A stretch of DNA of 64,000 bases from a virus. A program made the translations under genes and the position numbers. The DNA lies in the IMG/VR virus record IMGVR_UViG_3300027850_000002, positions 64,001-128,000 of that record; one strand, 5' to 3'. This document shows positions 18,377 to 28,300 of the stretch, piece by piece. Position 1 is the stretch's first letter. Each line of letters begins with the position of its first letter. Below the pieces are notes generated by a model. The model saw nothing but the letters and a program-made list of their open reading frames with translations. It was not told where the DNA came from and made no database searches.

Positions 18377-18865
18377 TTAGGGTTTGGATTCACGCGCCGA
18401 TGCAGCGATAGTCTCGTCGCACAGCGCTTGAATGTTGTTGAGGGTGTCCGGGCCTGGTTCGATCTCGAGTGTCTTGAAGATCGTCAGCTGACCTGCTTTG
18501 TTGAGGGCGAGTCCTGAGATCGATGTACCCATGAGATCGACGCGCAGTGCTGCCGATACGGTCTTCTTGGGATTGCGTGAAAGGACACGCACCATCGAAA
18601 AGTCGATTGCTGAAAACGCCCATCCATCTGGCTGCATTTGCATGAGGGTACCCATCAGGTTGATGGGATCGATGGGCGCCTGCCCGACCAGGGACATGAC
18701 GGCTTCGCCCGTCAAGATGCCGAGCTTCTGCAGCTTCGCGAGATTCTTGACCACGGACGGTGTTGGATATTCGGACAACGTTAGTTCAACGGACAGCGGC
18801 AGCTTGAGATTGAACACCTCGTCCGTCTCGGTGCCTGCCAGGTCTTCAAGCGATACGATGCTCAC
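18377..18865 (-). CDS. Hypothetical protein
   Basis: 162-aa ORF in the minus-strand operon. Confidence 0.6.
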   Translation of the reverse strand: MSIVSLEDLAGTETDEVFNLKLPLSVELTLSEYPTPSVVKNLAKLQKLGILTGEAVMSLVGQAPIDPINLMGTLMQMQPDGWAFSAIDFSMVRVLSRNPKKTVSAALRVDLMGTSISGLALNKAGQLTIFKTLEIEPGPDTLNNIQALCDETIAASARESKP

Positions 18866-19014
18866 AGCGATCGTGCTTTCTTGACCAGGCTTTTCGCAGA
18901 CAGTCGAAGAGGACGATCGTCCCCGATACGTTGAGCGACTAAGGCCGCGAATGCGGCCACTTCAAGCAATAGGGTCCCGACGGCGCGAAGTCGCGCCGAC
19001 GTCATGATGCGCAT
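18862..19014 (-). CDS. Small hypothetical protein with hydrophobic segment
   Basis: Fills the gap between neighbours and overlaps the next start (GTGA). Confidence 0.35.
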   Translation of the reverse strand: MRIMTSARLRAVGTLLLEVAAFAALVAQRIGDDRPLRLSAKSLVKKARSL

Positions 19015-19018
19015 GGAA

Positions 19019-19261
19019 CTACTCCTCAGCGTGCGCGATGACGCGCTCGCGATCGATGTTGCGCAGCGAAAGTGAGCGGAGAGTCCGCCCCTCCAAGATC
19101 TCACCCACGGCGTAGTAGAACTCCGCGGCGACGTCCGTCACGGTTTTGCTGGGGTCGTTCTGGACGGCACACCACACAGCACGGATGTCACGCAGGCGTC
19201 CGACCACGTCATTGGCGACGCGTGCGCTTACTCCGTTGCGACCTCCGCGACGCCTACTCAC
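19019..19261 (-). CDS. Hypothetical protein
   Basis: GTG start overlapping the TGA of 19258-19416; MSRRRGGRNG... Confidence 0.55.
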   Translation of the reverse strand: MSRRRGGRNGVSARVANDVVGRLRDIRAVWCAVQNDPSKTVTDVAAEFYYAVGEILEGRTLRSLSLRNIDRERVIAHAEE

Positions 19262-19416
19262 GCCTTTGGCTCGAACGGCTTGGTTCCGCATGACGGGCAT
19301 GTTGGGACGTTGACGTTTGTCAGCAATGGCCTGGCGCAGGACGGGCATGTAGGGTGTGCCTTTTCGGACGCAGTCTTGGCGGCATCAGTCTCGACATCAA
19401 CACCGAGTTTCTCCAT
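19258..19416 (-). CDS. 52-aa double-CxxC zinc-ribbon protein (not in ORF track)
   Basis: MEKLGVDVETDAAKTASEKAHPTCPSCARPLLTNVNVPTCPSCGTKPFEPKA; TAGAGT 6 nt upstream of ATG. Confidence 0.75.
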   Translation of the reverse strand: MEKLGVDVETDAAKTASEKAHPTCPSCARPLLTNVNVPTCPSCGTKPFEPKA

Positions 19417-19425
19417 AGCGCTACT

Positions 19426-19764
19426 CTAGCGCAGGGAAACCTTCTTGCTGGTGCCGATTCGGTTGCCGCGGAGGACCGTATAGTCCGACGGAGACCCCTC
19501 GGCGTTGAGGAACTTCTCGGCCTTGTTGACCGAGTCGAACTCGTGAACCACGCCGACGACGACAAAGACCTTGCGAGCCATGCGGAACTTCTTATCATCC
19601 ACGGCCTCGTCCTTCTTATCGTCCGTTTTGACATCGGTTACGACCGTTACCAGCTTGGCATCAGCCGCCGTCTTCTTGTCATCCGGCTTCGCAGTTCCAG
19701 GGGTGGTGGCGGCCGTAGCAGCCTGCACACCCAGAGGCTTCTGATTCGTTTGTGCTTGCGTCAT
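19426..19764 (-). CDS. Hypothetical protein
   Basis: 112-aa ORF, low-complexity N-terminus, compact C-terminal domain. Confidence 0.65.
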   Translation of the reverse strand: MTQAQTNQKPLGVQAATAATTPGTAKPDDKKTAADAKLVTVVTDVKTDDKKDEAVDDKKFRMARKVFVVVGVVHEFDSVNKAEKFLNAEGSPSDYTVLRGNRIGTSKKVSLR

Positions 19765-19797
19765 AAACCTGTCGTATCACGCGGTCGAATCAAACGT

Positions 19798-20715
19798 CTA
19801 CTGCTTGCCGCGACAATGCCTCCACATCGAGCACCACTTTTCACCGCACCACCAGTTGGAGGGATCGGTCATGGGAAAGTGTCCCAACGCCACGGACTTT
19901 GCGACACCGATGACGACCGCTTCTGCGTGCTTGACCATCCTGTCTGAGATGACGCCCGGCAGCTTCTCGTACCGTGGACGCGGTGTCTTCGCGCGCCCTT
20001 TCACGACCATGTCGACCTGGACATCAGGCACATGCTCAACGCCCGCATAGATAGCGAACTGGAGATCGTTGGCCAGATCAGTCTCGGACCACTTGTCCGT
20101 AACCACCTTGAGGTCGTGAACACGTTTGGGCTTGTTCGGCTGCTTGGACCCCAACGCTTCGCGGATGTCTTGGTACTCCTGTTCAGTGTGTGACTGCACC
20201 TGGATGCTGTCGATGCGACCGAGCACAGGTAGACGAACTTTCCCGTCCTCGCTTCTGAACACCGCGTGGAACGTCTTTTCGACTTCGATGGGGGTCGCGT
20301 CGATTGCGGCCTCATCGTAGTAGGCCTTCGTGCACTTCACGCCGGTGTCCTTGACCGAACCTTCGTCCTCGCCTTCCCAGTCTTCGATCAACTTCTTCGT
20401 TTCGTTGAACGAATCCGAGTAGGCGTCCGTCGCCATCTCCTGGGACATAAGAAGGCCCGTGGCGAGACGTTCCTTGAGGACCTTTTCGACCGCGTTGTGG
20501 ACTTGAATCCCCTGGAACATGCGCGCAACGGTGCGACGCGGTTTGTGCTGAAGGTACGCCAGCTCCCACGACCGGGGGCACTTGAGGAACATGCCAACCT
20601 GTGACGGCGACAGGTACCCGCGCGGCAGGATGTCGACCAGCTCGGGCTCGACGTCGGCCGGAACCTCGACCGCGGGGTCAAGGAACGCTTCTACTTCTTC
20701 CATTCCTACAGTCAT
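19798..20715 (-). CDS. Second PD-(D/E)xK nuclease, Cas4/RecB-like
   Basis: YLSPSQ...KCP, GRIDS, VHDLKV, QFAIY, WWCGEKWCSMWRHC. Confidence 0.85.
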   Translation of the reverse strand: MTVGMEEVEAFLDPAVEVPADVEPELVDILPRGYLSPSQVGMFLKCPRSWELAYLQHKPRRTVARMFQGIQVHNAVEKVLKERLATGLLMSQEMATDAYSDSFNETKKLIEDWEGEDEGSVKDTGVKCTKAYYDEAAIDATPIEVEKTFHAVFRSEDGKVRLPVLGRIDSIQVQSHTEQEYQDIREALGSKQPNKPKRVHDLKVVTDKWSETDLANDLQFAIYAGVEHVPDVQVDMVVKGRAKTPRPRYEKLPGVISDRMVKHAEAVVIGVAKSVALGHFPMTDPSNWWCGEKWCSMWRHCRGKQ

Positions 20716-21098
20716 CGTTTATCCCCTCCGGGGTAATCAAAGGACTCCCCATCCATGAGCTGACGTTCGGGCACAGGGAACTTGCCGGGATTGGCAGCGT
20801 TCTTTTGGGATGCACGAAGAATCGCGTCCATGTCGACAGGCGCATTGCCTCCATCGACGACGGTGAGCGGAGGCGTCGGCGTCGCAGTAACTTCAGGTGC
20901 AGACGCTACGGGCGCGACAGGTGTTGCCTCAAGGTCATCGTCATCCGCGTCACCTTCGTCGACGTTATCGACGGAGACGACTACCGAATTCTTTTTGAAC
21001 ACGATGTTCTCGGCGGTTGCTTCAATGCCCCGCTTCGCGAGGCGCAAGCGCACCATCTTGATGATGTCTTTCTCCTCGTACGTAACCACAATCTTCAT
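20712..21098 (-). CDS. Hypothetical protein
   Basis: ATGA overlaps on both sides; AAGGA SD. Confidence 0.7.
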   Translation of the reverse strand: MKIVVTYEEKDIIKMVRLRLAKRGIEATAENIVFKKNSVVVSVDNVDEGDADDDDLEATPVAPVASAPEVTATPTPPLTVVDGGNAPVDMDAILRASQKNAANPGKFPVPERQLMDGESFDYPGGDKR

Positions 21099-23080
21099 TT
21101 GGTCCTTTCACGGAGCATGGGCAAGGCATACGCCTTGATGACGGGACGGTCCACTTTCTTCGGGTGAACACACCCCTCTTGAAAGGGTTCGACACCTTTA
21201 GCAAGGCACTTCACCGTATGTGGACACAAGGCGCACTCGATCTTGTTCGTGAGCATCGAGTCAACATCGACCTTGTGATCGAGTAGATGTGCCACGGCGA
21301 GTTCAAGCGTGCCGTGACCGATCATCCGGTTAACGGTAACCTTGTTGTTTTGCCCGATTCGATAGTTACGGTCCAAGCACTGAGAGTACGAATTTAACGA
21401 GTACGGCAAGGAGCTATAGACCGTGTATGTAGCGGAGTTCAACGTGATGCCTAGGCCTGTCGTAACTTGCCCAATGTAAACACGTACGGCGGGATCGTCA
21501 TTGAACGCATCGACAGCGACCATCGGGTCACGCGTATTGCCGTCAACACGAACGTGGCCAATCTCTTCTTTGGTAAAACGCTCTTCAATCAGATCCATCT
21601 CGATGTGAAAGTTGCACCAGATGATCACCTTATGAGTCGACGAATCGAGGATGCTGGTAAGCAATTCCATGATCGCATCGAGTTTGGGATTCTCATCGAA
21701 TACGATGGTCGTTGAAGGCCAAGGTGTCGGGTCTACCAGACAACGCGGGGTTCGAGGGTTGATCTGACGCGCCGTACAATCGTCACGGTGTTCACACGGA
21801 GTACCATCACGAATCGTATCGCAATAGAACGGGTCCTTCTCGCTCTTGATGAGAAAGCCCGACGTGATCTGGAGAAGTTTCATCAACGCAGCCGCACGGT
21901 GTGGCATCTCGACCGCTGAGAGTTGGTGCGGCAATAGAGGTATCACCCCAGGTTCACCAGAACGAATCTGGATACCGAGCTGCGCAAGACCTGCAGGGTC
22001 GATACCCATATCAATGACGATCTTGTCGTAGGCGACCGATTGGGCGCGAGATAGTGAATAATCTACGTCTACGAACGTGCGTTCCGGCAGGTCCAGACAC
22101 TGCTCTTTAGTACGACGTATCGCCAAGAACGTGGTACGTGCATTGATAACGTCGAGATTCTTGTAACCAACCACGATGGGTGAGTTGGGACCGCGAGTGA
22201 CGACAAACGTTTTTTTGTATTTCCAGTACGTCTCGGGCATGAAGCAATCGCCCAGGATCTTGTAAGGGCCATACAGGTCCAGCGGATTGCCCTCGGTAGG
22301 CGAGCCCGTCATGAGGATTCGGCGCATCGCCTTCTGTGCGATCTCCCATGTTGTCTTCGTCCGCTCGGACTGCCAGGTCTTCACGCCGTGGCTTTCATCG
22401 CAGACCAGAATGCTGTAAGGCAGCCGTTCTACGAGCAAATCCACTAAACTTCTCGCAGTGTCGTACGTCGAAAGAACCATGTCGGTGCCCTCGGCCGCCG
22501 CGCGATCGAGGATCGCGCGCTTCTGTTTGGGCGTTCCGACCAGCGCTGCCCACGTCACCTGGCGGCCCGAGTGAAGGTCGATCTGACGACCCCAGTTCCG
22601 GACCGTGACACGCGGGCCGAGTACGAGTGCAGTTGCTGTATTGCCGGTATGGCGCAGAAGCCGGATGAGGTCGATCGCGATCTTCGACTTGCCGAGCCCT
22701 GGATCGTAGAACAACGCTGCCCGCATGTTGTAGAAGACGTGACAGAGTCCTTCGACCTGATGCTGATACGGCGACGTGACGTACTCGAATCCGACGGGCA
22801 GAGCTTGGGCCTCGAGCCGTTGGCGAACCTGTTCGAGGTCTTCGATGTGCCGTTGCGCAACGTCGGAGATCACAACGTTGACGTCGGAGGACACGGCCTG
22901 GAAGTCAGCAAGCACCTTGCTGGATGCCGGATAGAACGCGGGGTACATCCACAGCGCGCGATCGCTGTCCCACGTTGCACCAAACACGCGTCCGAACGTT
23001 TGGTTCTGGCCGTGTACCAGGAAGACGGGCGTTCCGTTGCCCGCACGACCGACACGGATTTCCATTTGGGCTCGACCCAT
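21095..23080 (-). CDS. SNF2-family (SF2) helicase
   Basis: DPGLGKSK, VCDESH, TGSP, GLGITL, QCLDRNYRIGQ; Cys-rich insert and C-terminus. Confidence 0.9.
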   Translation of the reverse strand: MGRAQMEIRVGRAGNGTPVFLVHGQNQTFGRVFGATWDSDRALWMYPAFYPASSKVLADFQAVSSDVNVVISDVAQRHIEDLEQVRQRLEAQALPVGFEYVTSPYQHQVEGLCHVFYNMRAALFYDPGLGKSKIAIDLIRLLRHTGNTATALVLGPRVTVRNWGRQIDLHSGRQVTWAALVGTPKQKRAILDRAAAEGTDMVLSTYDTARSLVDLLVERLPYSILVCDESHGVKTWQSERTKTTWEIAQKAMRRILMTGSPTEGNPLDLYGPYKILGDCFMPETYWKYKKTFVVTRGPNSPIVVGYKNLDVINARTTFLAIRRTKEQCLDLPERTFVDVDYSLSRAQSVAYDKIVIDMGIDPAGLAQLGIQIRSGEPGVIPLLPHQLSAVEMPHRAAALMKLLQITSGFLIKSEKDPFYCDTIRDGTPCEHRDDCTARQINPRTPRCLVDPTPWPSTTIVFDENPKLDAIMELLTSILDSSTHKVIIWCNFHIEMDLIEERFTKEEIGHVRVDGNTRDPMVAVDAFNDDPAVRVYIGQVTTGLGITLNSATYTVYSSLPYSLNSYSQCLDRNYRIGQNNKVTVNRMIGHGTLELAVAHLLDHKVDVDSMLTNKIECALCPHTVKCLAKGVEPFQEGCVHPKKVDRPVIKAYALPMLRERTK

Positions 23081-23123
23081 GAGGCGTCCGCCTTTCTATC
23101 ATGCGATGATTGCGGGGTAAACC

Positions 23124-24914
23124 ATGGCCATTGATGGAATGTTCGACTCGGGCGTTTCCGATCTGTCGACGCACAACACGTCGTCACACGGTAGTCCACT
23201 GTTCGACTTCCTCACGGCGTTCGCGCCTAGGAAGCTCAAGGACCTCTTTCGTCTTTGCGAGTACCTCTACTTCAACAGCGCCCAGATCTACGCGGCATTG
23301 CAGAAGTTCTGTACGTATCCCGTCACGGACATCGTCTACGAGACGCAGAACGAAGCGCTCAAGGATTACTACGAAGACCTACACAACAAGACGCTCAAGA
23401 CCAAACGCATCTTGATCCGTGCGGCCGTCGACAAGTTCGTCTACGGAAACGCGTTCTTCTCGATGTACGCGCCGTTCGTTCGCTTCCTCAAGTGTCCGAA
23501 GTGCGCGACGCTGACCAACATCCAGCAGGTCACCTACAAGTTCAAGTTGAAGAAGCTGGCGTTCAACTACACGTGCAAGGGCTGCAGCGTTCGCGTCGAC
23601 GTCACTGACAAGGACGTCATCGATCGCAAGATCACACGCAAGGATCGTATCTCAGTGATCCGCTGGGATCCGAAGCTGATGGACATCGACTACAACCCCA
23701 TCACCGGACACAGCGAGTACTACTACACGATCCCCAAGGAAATTAAGGAGCGTTGCGCCAAGGGGAACAAGCACCTCATCGACACCATGCCGATGGAGTT
23801 CTTGAAGGCGATCCGCGAGGACAAGATCTTCAAGTTCGACGAGGGTCAAGTCTTCCACATGCGCATGGATGCGCCTGCGGGTATCGAAGCGCAGTGGGGC
23901 TTCCCGCCACTCGCGTCGACGATCAAGCTGTTCTTCTACGCGGCCGTGCTGCGTAAGGCGAACGAGGCCATCGCGCTCGAGTACATCGTTCCCCTGCGCA
24001 TCATCTCGCCGAAGCAGTCGACGGCAAACGCTGATCCGATGACCACCATCTCCTTGGCCAAGTGGTCCGAGGAGATGAAGACGTCGGTCAAGAAGTGGCG
24101 CCGCGATCCACTGCACATCATGTGGTCGCCAATCCCCGCCGAAGTCACACACCTCGGTGGACAGGCGCGCGCACTCATGACGCTCGGCGAAGTCCAGGCG
24201 GCTGAAGACAACATCATTGCAGCGATGGGGTTGCCCAAGGAGTTCATCTACGGAGGTTTCTCCGCGATGGGCTCGGGCATTCAGTTGCGCGTCCTCGAGA
24301 ATCAGCTCGTCCACCAAACCGGCGACCTCAATGACCTTCTTCAATGGGTCACTGACAAATCCGCGAAGCAGCTCGGACGTGGCACCGTGGTGGTCTCGCT
24401 CGCTCCGTTCCGTTTCATCGACGACGTCCAACAGAAATCCCTTCTGCTGCAGCTCAACGGCGCAGACCCATCGACGGGTCCTTGGATTTCCAAGCGCACG
24501 ATCGGCGTGGCGTTCGACATCGATCCAAGCGACGAGCGCAAGTGGCGCAAGCAAGAGGCGCTCGACGATGCGCGTGTCGCGCAAGAGCTGCAGGTCGAGA
24601 TGCAGAAGCGGCAGAACAACCTTGGAGCCCAGGCACGTGCGCAGGCTCAGCAAGGTCAGCAAGGGCTGTCCTACGACCAGCAGGCCGTGATCGCAGAGGC
24701 AGATCAGCTCGTGCAACAACTGATGGGGTTGGACCCGGGAACGCGGCAATCGCAAATGCACGCGCTTCAGACCGAAGACATGGTGATGTACGCCGTGGTC
24801 AAGGAACGTCTGCACGACCAGACCACGCAGCAAAACCAGCAAGCGATCGCAGCGGCCCGCCAAGGCGGCGATCCCGCAGCCAACGGAGTGCCCCCTCCAG
24901 GCGCCGTGGGTTGA
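23124..24914 (+). CDS. Portal protein
   Basis: First gene of the structural block; DKFVYGNAF clip-like motif, WGFPPL, 'IIAAMGLPKEFIYGG' portal-like helix; Q-rich tail. Confidence 0.75.
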   Translation: MAIDGMFDSGVSDLSTHNTSSHGSPLFDFLTAFAPRKLKDLFRLCEYLYFNSAQIYAALQKFCTYPVTDIVYETQNEALKDYYEDLHNKTLKTKRILIRAAVDKFVYGNAFFSMYAPFVRFLKCPKCATLTNIQQVTYKFKLKKLAFNYTCKGCSVRVDVTDKDVIDRKITRKDRISVIRWDPKLMDIDYNPITGHSEYYYTIPKEIKERCAKGNKHLIDTMPMEFLKAIREDKIFKFDEGQVFHMRMDAPAGIEAQWGFPPLASTIKLFFYAAVLRKANEAIALEYIVPLRIISPKQSTANADPMTTISLAKWSEEMKTSVKKWRRDPLHIMWSPIPAEVTHLGGQARALMTLGEVQAAEDNIIAAMGLPKEFIYGGFSAMGSGIQLRVLENQLVHQTGDLNDLLQWVTDKSAKQLGRGTVVVSLAPFRFIDDVQQKSLLLQLNGADPSTGPWISKRTIGVAFDIDPSDERKWRKQEALDDARVAQELQVEMQKRQNNLGAQARAQAQQGQQGLSYDQQAVIAEADQLVQQLMGLDPGTRQSQMHALQTEDMVMYAVVKERLHDQTTQQNQQAIAAARQGGDPAANGVPPPGAVG

Positions 24915-24929
24915 TAGGATAAACACACC

Positions 24930-25307
24930 ATGCCTCAAGAGTCTGAAGACTTCGCCGACGTCATCGAGAAAGCCCAGCGCATCGGTGGCGACATGGGCAG
25001 CCTGTTCAACGGGCCCGGCCGTGTTGCGTTCGAAGCGCAACAGCCGAATCGTGCAGGACCTGTCCAAGACTACGAGGCGCATTCCGAAGTCTTTGCGCTC
25101 CCGGCTGATCGAGAAGCCTACGAAGACGTCATGAACCAAGTCCTGCGCGGTGAAGCGATCATGCGCTACGAGGTCCGTACATTCTCCAAGGAGGGGGACT
25201 TCATGGTTGCGCTGGTCTACCTGACGCCGCTTGCGCGTCCAGCACCAGCACACGATCGAGACGCAGGCGATGCCGAGCCTGTCGAACGACCGCGACGGCT
25301 GCCCTAG
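24930..25307 (+). CDS. Hypothetical protein
   Basis: 125-aa ORF between portal and RNAP. Confidence 0.7.
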   Translation: MPQESEDFADVIEKAQRIGGDMGSLFNGPGRVAFEAQQPNRAGPVQDYEAHSEVFALPADREAYEDVMNQVLRGEAIMRYEVRTFSKEGDFMVALVYLTPLARPAPAHDRDAGDAEPVERPRRLP

Positions 25308-25339
25308 TGGAGTCTTGTACCAAAAAGGACGCGTAACTC

Positions 25340-28300
25340 ATGGTGCCGCTACGCCCAATGCTCGAAGACGCGGCCACGCGTCGCGAGATGATCCGCAAGA
25401 AGGTCATCGAGGGTCTCGAACAATCGTTCCCGCTGAAGGCGGGCAAACACATGGTCGAGCTGTCCAACGTTCGGGTGGACCCGCAGGAGTTTTCCTCCCG
25501 CGAACAGAAGCGTGCGGTGCTCGAAGGCAAGACGTTATCGGAACGTGTACGCGGTGACATCACGGTCAAGAACGCAGCGGGCGGTGTCGTCGACCACTCG
25601 AAGGACTTCACACTGCTTCAGCTGCCGTACTTTACGCCGCGACACACGTTCATCCTCGACGGCACAGAGTACTCCGTATCGAATCAGCTGCGCACCAAAC
25701 CAGGCGCGTACGTCCGTCGCCGCGGCAACGAAGAGCTGGAGGCGACGTTCAACCTTTCAAAGGGCGCCAACTTCCGTGTGTCGATGGAGCCCGAGAAGGG
25801 CCTCCTCTACATGCAGCCGTCACACACGACGACCAAGATCCCGTTGCATCCCATCCTACGCGCGCTGGGGATGCCGCATCAGGACATCGCGGCCGGATGG
25901 GGCTCCGAAATCGCGGGCATGAATCGTGACGCTTGGAAGAATCCAGACAAGCACGTCAGCAAGCTTTACGAGACGCTCATCCATCCCGCGAAACAGGTCG
26001 CAGCGACCACAGAAGATCGAGCACACGCGTTGCGTGAATACTTCAGTGCAACGGCGATGGACCCTGAGGTCACTGCACACACGCTCGGTTATCCGTACGA
26101 CAAAGCTTCGTCATCGTCGATCCTGGCGGCATCCAAGAAACTGCTCGACGTGCACAGGGCCGCCGCCGATGTCGACGACCGTGACTCGTTGGCGTTCAAA
26201 ACGTTTCACTCCGTAGACGACTTCGTCAAAGAACGGGTTCAGCTGGAAGCGCGTGCGATGCGCGCAAAGCTTGGCTGGAAACTGGACGCGAGCCACGGCA
26301 ACCTGAAGAAGGCGCTGCCCGCAGGACCGTTCACGCGTTCGATGCACGGTCTCTTGGTGGGCTCGTCGCTTTCGGCGGTCCCCATGCAGATCAATCCGAT
26401 GGAGCTGCTCGACGAGGCGTCACGCGTCACGATGCTTGGTGAAGGTGCGATTGCGTCCGAGCGCGCGATCCCCCTCGAGGCTCGTGATGTTCATCCAACC
26501 CACTTCGGAATTCTGGACCCTGCACGCACGCCTGAAAGCTTCAAGGTGGGCGTGGACCTGCGCGCAACAATCGGCGCACGGCGTGATGACAAGGGAAACC
26601 TCTACGCGCCCGTGCGCGATATCAAGAGCGGCGCAGCGACGTATCTCAAGGCGGGCGACATGGCGAAGTCCGTCATCGCATTCCCTGGCGAACATGTCGG
26701 GCCAGGAAAAATGGTCGATGCGATGGCGCACGGAGTGGTGTCGCGTGTGTCGTCCGACAAGGTCACGCACCAGCTCGAACACGTCGCTGATCAGTACGGG
26801 CCGACCTCAAACCTGTTGCCGTTGGTCTACGGTATCCAGGCAAACCGCGTGCTCATGGCCAGCAAACACCAAGGCCAGGCATTGCCGCTCACGTACCGTG
26901 AAGCGCCGCTCGTACAGGTCGCGTCGTGGAAGCCAGGGACGTCTGTCGAACGAGAGATGGTCAAACTGATTGTTCCAACCGCGCGCTTCGCCGGCATGGT
27001 CACAAAGATCGACGACGATCACATCCACATCACGCCGCACACAGACAAACACGCATCTGAGGCCGCATCTGAAGTCGAGACGCGGTTGGAACGTGTGAAG
27101 GTGGCAGCGACGGAGCCTCACAAACTCCATTACGACGTGCACTTTCCGCTCGCTGCCAAGACGATGCTCCACAATGAGCTAACCGTGAAGGTGGGCGACC
27201 GTGTCGAAAAGGACCAGCTCCTCGCGCACTCGAACTTCACCAAGGACGGAACGCTCGCCCTCGGGACCAACCTGCGCGTGGCGTACATGCCCTACCGCGG
27301 CCTCAACACCAACGATGGCATCGTCGTATCGCAAGGCGCTGCGGACAAGCTCACCAGCGAACACATGTACCAACACGCGCTCTCACGTGACGGTGATGTT
27401 CAGCTAGGTCGAGAAAAACATCGTACGTACTTCGGCAGTCGCTACACCGCAGAGCAGTACAACAAGCTAGACGACGACGGTGTCGTCAAACCCGGTACGA
27501 CATTGCACAAGGGTGACTTGATTGTCGCGGGTATTCGAGAGAACAAAGTCACGGGGGACGCGCTCCTCCTTGGCAAGCTGTCCAAGTCCTTGGTCAAGCC
27601 GTATCAAGAAGTCACGCAAGTCTGGACGCACGACCATCCCGGTACGGTGATCGACGTTGCCAAGACCGCCAAGCAAGCCGCTGCATCTGTTCGTACGCAA
27701 GAAACGCTTCAAATCGGCGACAAGCTGTCCAACCGATTCGGCAACAAGGGCGTCATCGCGAAGATCATCCCAGATCATCAGATGATCCAGGACGAACACG
27801 GGCGCCCTGTCGACCTGCTGTTCACCTCCGCGGGCATCGTCTCGCGCATTAACCCCGCGCAGGTCATCGAGACAGCGCTCGGCAAAGTTGCTGAGAAGAT
27901 CGGCAAACCGATCGTCGTACCGCAATACACGCCGGGCCGAGACAACATCCAGTTCGCCAAGAACCTGCTCAAGGAGCACGGGCTCACCGACAAGGAAACG
28001 GTCCTCGACCCGATGACGGGAAAGAAAATCCCGAACATCGTCGTGGGCAAGAGCTACATCCTCAAGCTGTTCAAGACGACGGACTCGAACTGGGCAGCAC
28101 ACGGCGCCGAGAAGTACGACTACAACCAGCAGCCCGCACGTGGTGGTGACGAAGGCGCCAAGGGCATCGGCAAGATGGAGTTCGACGGGCTCGTGGCACA
28201 CAACGCCCGGAATGTGTTGCGTGAAGCTGCGTCCATCAAGAGCCAACGTAACGACGAGTTCTGGCGTGCAATTCAACTCGGGCTTCCAACACCCTCGCCC

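Noticed and set aside
14823-20715. CRISPR-Cas adaptation module
   Set aside because: Only solo Cas4-like nucleases; no cas1/cas2 and no array
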